A stretch of 32,000 nucleotides of DNA, taken from Candidatus Saccharimonadota bacterium (GTDB lineage: Bacteria; Patescibacteriota; Gracilibacteria; UBA1369; 2-02-FULL-48-14). This document shows positions 29,727 through 32,000 of the stretch, piece after piece. The position numbers were made by a program, and so were the translations under genes. Positions within the stretch are counted from its first letter, which is position 1. Every line of letters begins with the position of its first letter. Location of the stretch: assembly GCA_041661045.1 (NCBI GenBank), contig JBAZVE010000001.1:690001-722000 (forward strand). Reading direction: 5' to 3'. The notes beneath the pieces were generated by a model. It searched no databases. It worked only from the letters and a program-made list of their open reading frames with translations, and had not been told where the DNA came from.

Positions 29727-32000
29727 ATGACTAAAACCGACAAGCAGGCCCTGCAGTGGCTTAAAAAATACTTGCGTTACACCGATTACATCGGGGCGGC
29801 GCAGCTCTATTTAAAGGACAATGCTTTGCTTGCGGAAAAGCTCAAGCCCGAGCACATTAAAGAACGCATTTTGGGGCATTGGGGAACGGTTCCCGGACTC
29901 AATTTTATTTATGCCAATTTGAATTATTTAGTGTGGAAGCACGATGCGGAAATGCTTTTGGTCACGGGGCCGGGGCATGGTGCACCGTCTATTTTAGCGA
30001 ACTTGTTTGCCGAAAAAACACTGACGGAATTTTATCCGGATTTTCCGCGGGATGGGAAGGGAATGGCACGATTGATTCATGATTTTAGCTGGCCGCACAC
30101 GGCGTTTCCCAGTCATGTGACGCCCGGAGTTCCCGGGTCCATTTTGGAAGGTGGTGAATTGGGTTACAGTTTAGCCACCGCCTTTGGCGCGGTGATGGAT
30201 AACCCCAACTTGATTGCAGCAGTGGTGGTTGGAGATGGAGAAGCGGAGACCGGGCCCATCGCGGCGGCTTGGCACAGTAATAAATTTCTCAATCCACGGA
30301 CCAGTGGAGCGGTGCTTCCTATTGTGCACATCAATGGTTACAAAATTTCAAACCCCACTATTTTTGGGCGCATGGATGATAAAGAACTTCGATCCTTGTT
30401 TGTGGGTTATGGTTATGAGCCTTTTATTGTGGAAGCCCCCAATTTGGAAAGCAAGATGATGGAGGTGATGGAGGAGGCGTATCAACGCATTCGTAAAATT
30501 CAAAAGGCTGCACGGAAGAGCAAGAAAGCATTTTTAAAGCCCAAGTGGCCTGTGATTTTGCTTCGGTCTCCCAAGGGCTGGAAGGGGATTCAGAAATTTC
30601 ATGGACACAGTATTGAAGGATCTTTTCGTGCGCATGGCGTTCCCGTTGGACATCCCAAGGAAGATCCCACGGCGCTCAAGGCTATTGAGAGCTGGCTCAA
30701 GATTTATAAAATTCAAGAATTGGTGGATGCACAGGGGCGGCCCAAGCCGGAGGTTTTGGAGTTTGTGCCCACGGGGGCCAAGCGCATCGGAGCATGCAAG
30801 CATGCTATTGGAGGGAATATCATGCAGCCGCTCAAATTGCCGGCGGCGGGGAAGTATGCGCTCAAATTTAAGAAACGGGGACAGGTACAGGCGGGAAGCA
30901 CGCCGGTGGGTGCGGAGTTTTTACGAGACCTTACGGTGCTCAATCCTAAGACATTTCGCATCTTTTGTCCCGATGAATTGGAATCGAATTTGTTCAAAGC
31001 CGTGTTTGAAAAAACGGGACGGGGCTTTATGTGGCCACTCAACAAAAATGATGAGCACATGCAGCCCGACGGGCGCATTCTGGAGATGCTTTCGGAGCAC
31101 ACTTTGCAGGGCTGGATGATGGGATACACGCTCACCGGTCGTTTTGGATTCTTCTCCAGTTATGAGGCTTTTCTTACGATTATTGCGAGCATGGTGGATC
31201 AGTATGCCAAGTTTTTAAAACAGAGCTTTAAAGTGAAATGGCGTAAGCCCGTGCCTCCTTTGGTTTATCATTTGGGCAGTGTGGGGTGGAGGCAGGAGCA
31301 CAATGGATATTCGCACCAAAATCCAAGTTTTGTGAGCAATCTTTTGCAAAAGCATGGGGAGTTTTGCCAAGTGTATTACCCCTGTGATGCCAACAGTTTT
31401 TTGGCGGCCATGGAAGAAGCTTTTCAAAAACCCAACACCATTAGTGTGATTGTGGCGGACAAACGCGAAGTGCCTCAGTGGCTCAGTTTGGCGGAGGCCC
31501 GTGAGCAGGCCAAGGCGGGTATTGGAATTTGGGAGTGGGCGACGGGCCGCGAGGCGAGTCGAAATCCGGATGTTGTTTTGGCCAGCGCCGGAGATTACAT
31601 GACGCAGGAAGCCATGCACGCCATTCAACTGTGTAAAGAACTGGTGCCGGAAATGAAGATTCGCATGGTGAATATTTCTGAACTCACCGGGCTGTGTATG
31701 GGAGACTACTGTGGTAGCTCTCACGCATGCATCAACGAAGCCATGGTGGAGAAATATTTTACAAAAGATAAGCCGGTGGTCATCAACTATCATGGGTACA
31801 CCAATGACATGGAGCAGGTGCTTTGGTCCTTTGTGGATGCCAAACGATTCAGTTTGCATGGTTACCAGGAACGCGGATCCACCACCACTCCTTTTGATCT
31901 TAAGGTGGTGAATGAAACGGATTTTTACCACTTGAGTATGGACATGATCCGCTTGGCCTCGCCGCACAATAAAGCGGTTGCCAAAAAACGCGATACACTC
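29727..32000 (+). CDS. xfp: xylulose-5-phosphate/fructose-6-phosphate phosphoketolase (C-terminus beyond window)
   Basis: The frame is open from ATG 29727 to the window end, so it is absent from the track. It has LGHWGTVPGLNFIYANLN, VTGPGHGAP, EGGELGYSL, VGDGEAETGP and LPIVHINGYKISNPT, which are phosphoketolase hallmarks. Confidence 0.9.
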   Translation, partial: MTKTDKQALQWLKKYLRYTDYIGAAQLYLKDNALLAEKLKPEHIKERILGHWGTVPGLNFIYANLNYLVWKHDAEMLLVTGPGHGAPSILANLFAEKTLTEFYPDFPRDGKGMARLIHDFSWPHTAFPSHVTPGVPGSILEGGELGYSLATAFGAVMDNPNLIAAVVVGDGEAETGPIAAAWHSNKFLNPRTSGAVLPIVHINGYKISNPTIFGRMDDKELRSLFVGYGYEPFIVEAPNLESKMMEVMEEAYQRIRKIQKAARKSKKAFLKPKWPVILLRSPKGWKGIQKFHGHSIEGSFRAHGVPVGHPKEDPTALKAIESWLKIYKIQELVDAQGRPKPEVLEFVPTGAKRIGACKHAIGGNIMQPLKLPAAGKYALKFKKRGQVQAGSTPVGAEFLRDLTVLNPKTFRIFCPDELESNLFKAVFEKTGRGFMWPLNKNDEHMQPDGRILEMLSEHTLQGWMMGYTLTGRFGFFSSYEAFLTIIASMVDQYAKFLKQSFKVKWRKPVPPLVYHLGSVGWRQEHNGYSHQNPSFVSNLLQKHGEFCQVYYPCDANSFLAAMEEAFQKPNTISVIVADKREVPQWLSLAEAREQAKAGIGIWEWATGREASRNPDVVLASAGDYMTQEAMHAIQLCKELVPEMKIRMVNISELTGLCMGDYCGSSHACINEAMVEKYFTKDKPVVINYHGYTNDMEQVLWSFVDAKRFSLHGYQERGSTTTPFDLKVVNETDFYHLSMDMIRLASPHNKAVAKKRDTL

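Noticed and set aside
1-32000. Alternative genetic code (UGA recoding, as in some candidate phyla).
   Set aside because: All recognisable genes (yidC, nth, ackA, comEC, xfp, intI) are full length and uninterrupted under the standard code.

Overview
This 32 kb window looks like part of a streamlined chromosome from an uncultivated bacterium. The CPR/Patescibacteria-like assignment is inference from gene content only.

The right half (about 15.6-32 kb) is ordinary core genome. It holds a short comEC, a SAM-methyltransferase, tRNA-Glu(UUC), a DUF4349 lipoprotein and nth. It also holds an SLH/RlpA-like wall protein and the jag-yidC-rnpA-rpmH cluster. rpmH is under 60 aa and missing from the ORF track. 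Further right are a large membrane protein, ackA, a vapBC-like toxin-antitoxin pair, and a phosphoketolase that runs off the right edge.

The left half (about 1.6-15.6 kb) is an integron-like platform. An IntI-like tyrosine recombinase (14806-15618, +) is transcribed divergently from an array of about 19 gene cassettes. The array carries 21 ORFs, mostly without recognisable function, 17 of them on the minus strand. The cassettes are separated by attC-like imperfect palindromes bounded by RYYYAAC / GTTRRRY boxes: about 15 with a full or near-full body (75-139 bp), one 60-bp short form and several truncated copies.

Five things look non-canonical.
1. The recombinase matches IntI block by block but is only about 270 aa. 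It lacks the IntI-specific insertion that reads the extrahelical bases of folded attC.
2. The attC-like sites share a three-way-junction design with conserved unpaired motifs (GKYC bulge, GGTAAAAT bulge, TTGGGYGA linker, GAAC) and cGAAg / GCGAAGC mini-hairpins.
3. Stem mismatches are almost all G.T on the plus strand, so that strand appears to be the folded one.
4. Each cassette carries its own terminal inverted repeats of 15 to about 100 bp extending beyond the R boxes. R-box hexamers covary across the ORF, which locates the crossover point.
5. Many cassettes carry their own near-consensus promoters.

No database search or folding computation was possible. All homology calls come from motif recognition by eye.
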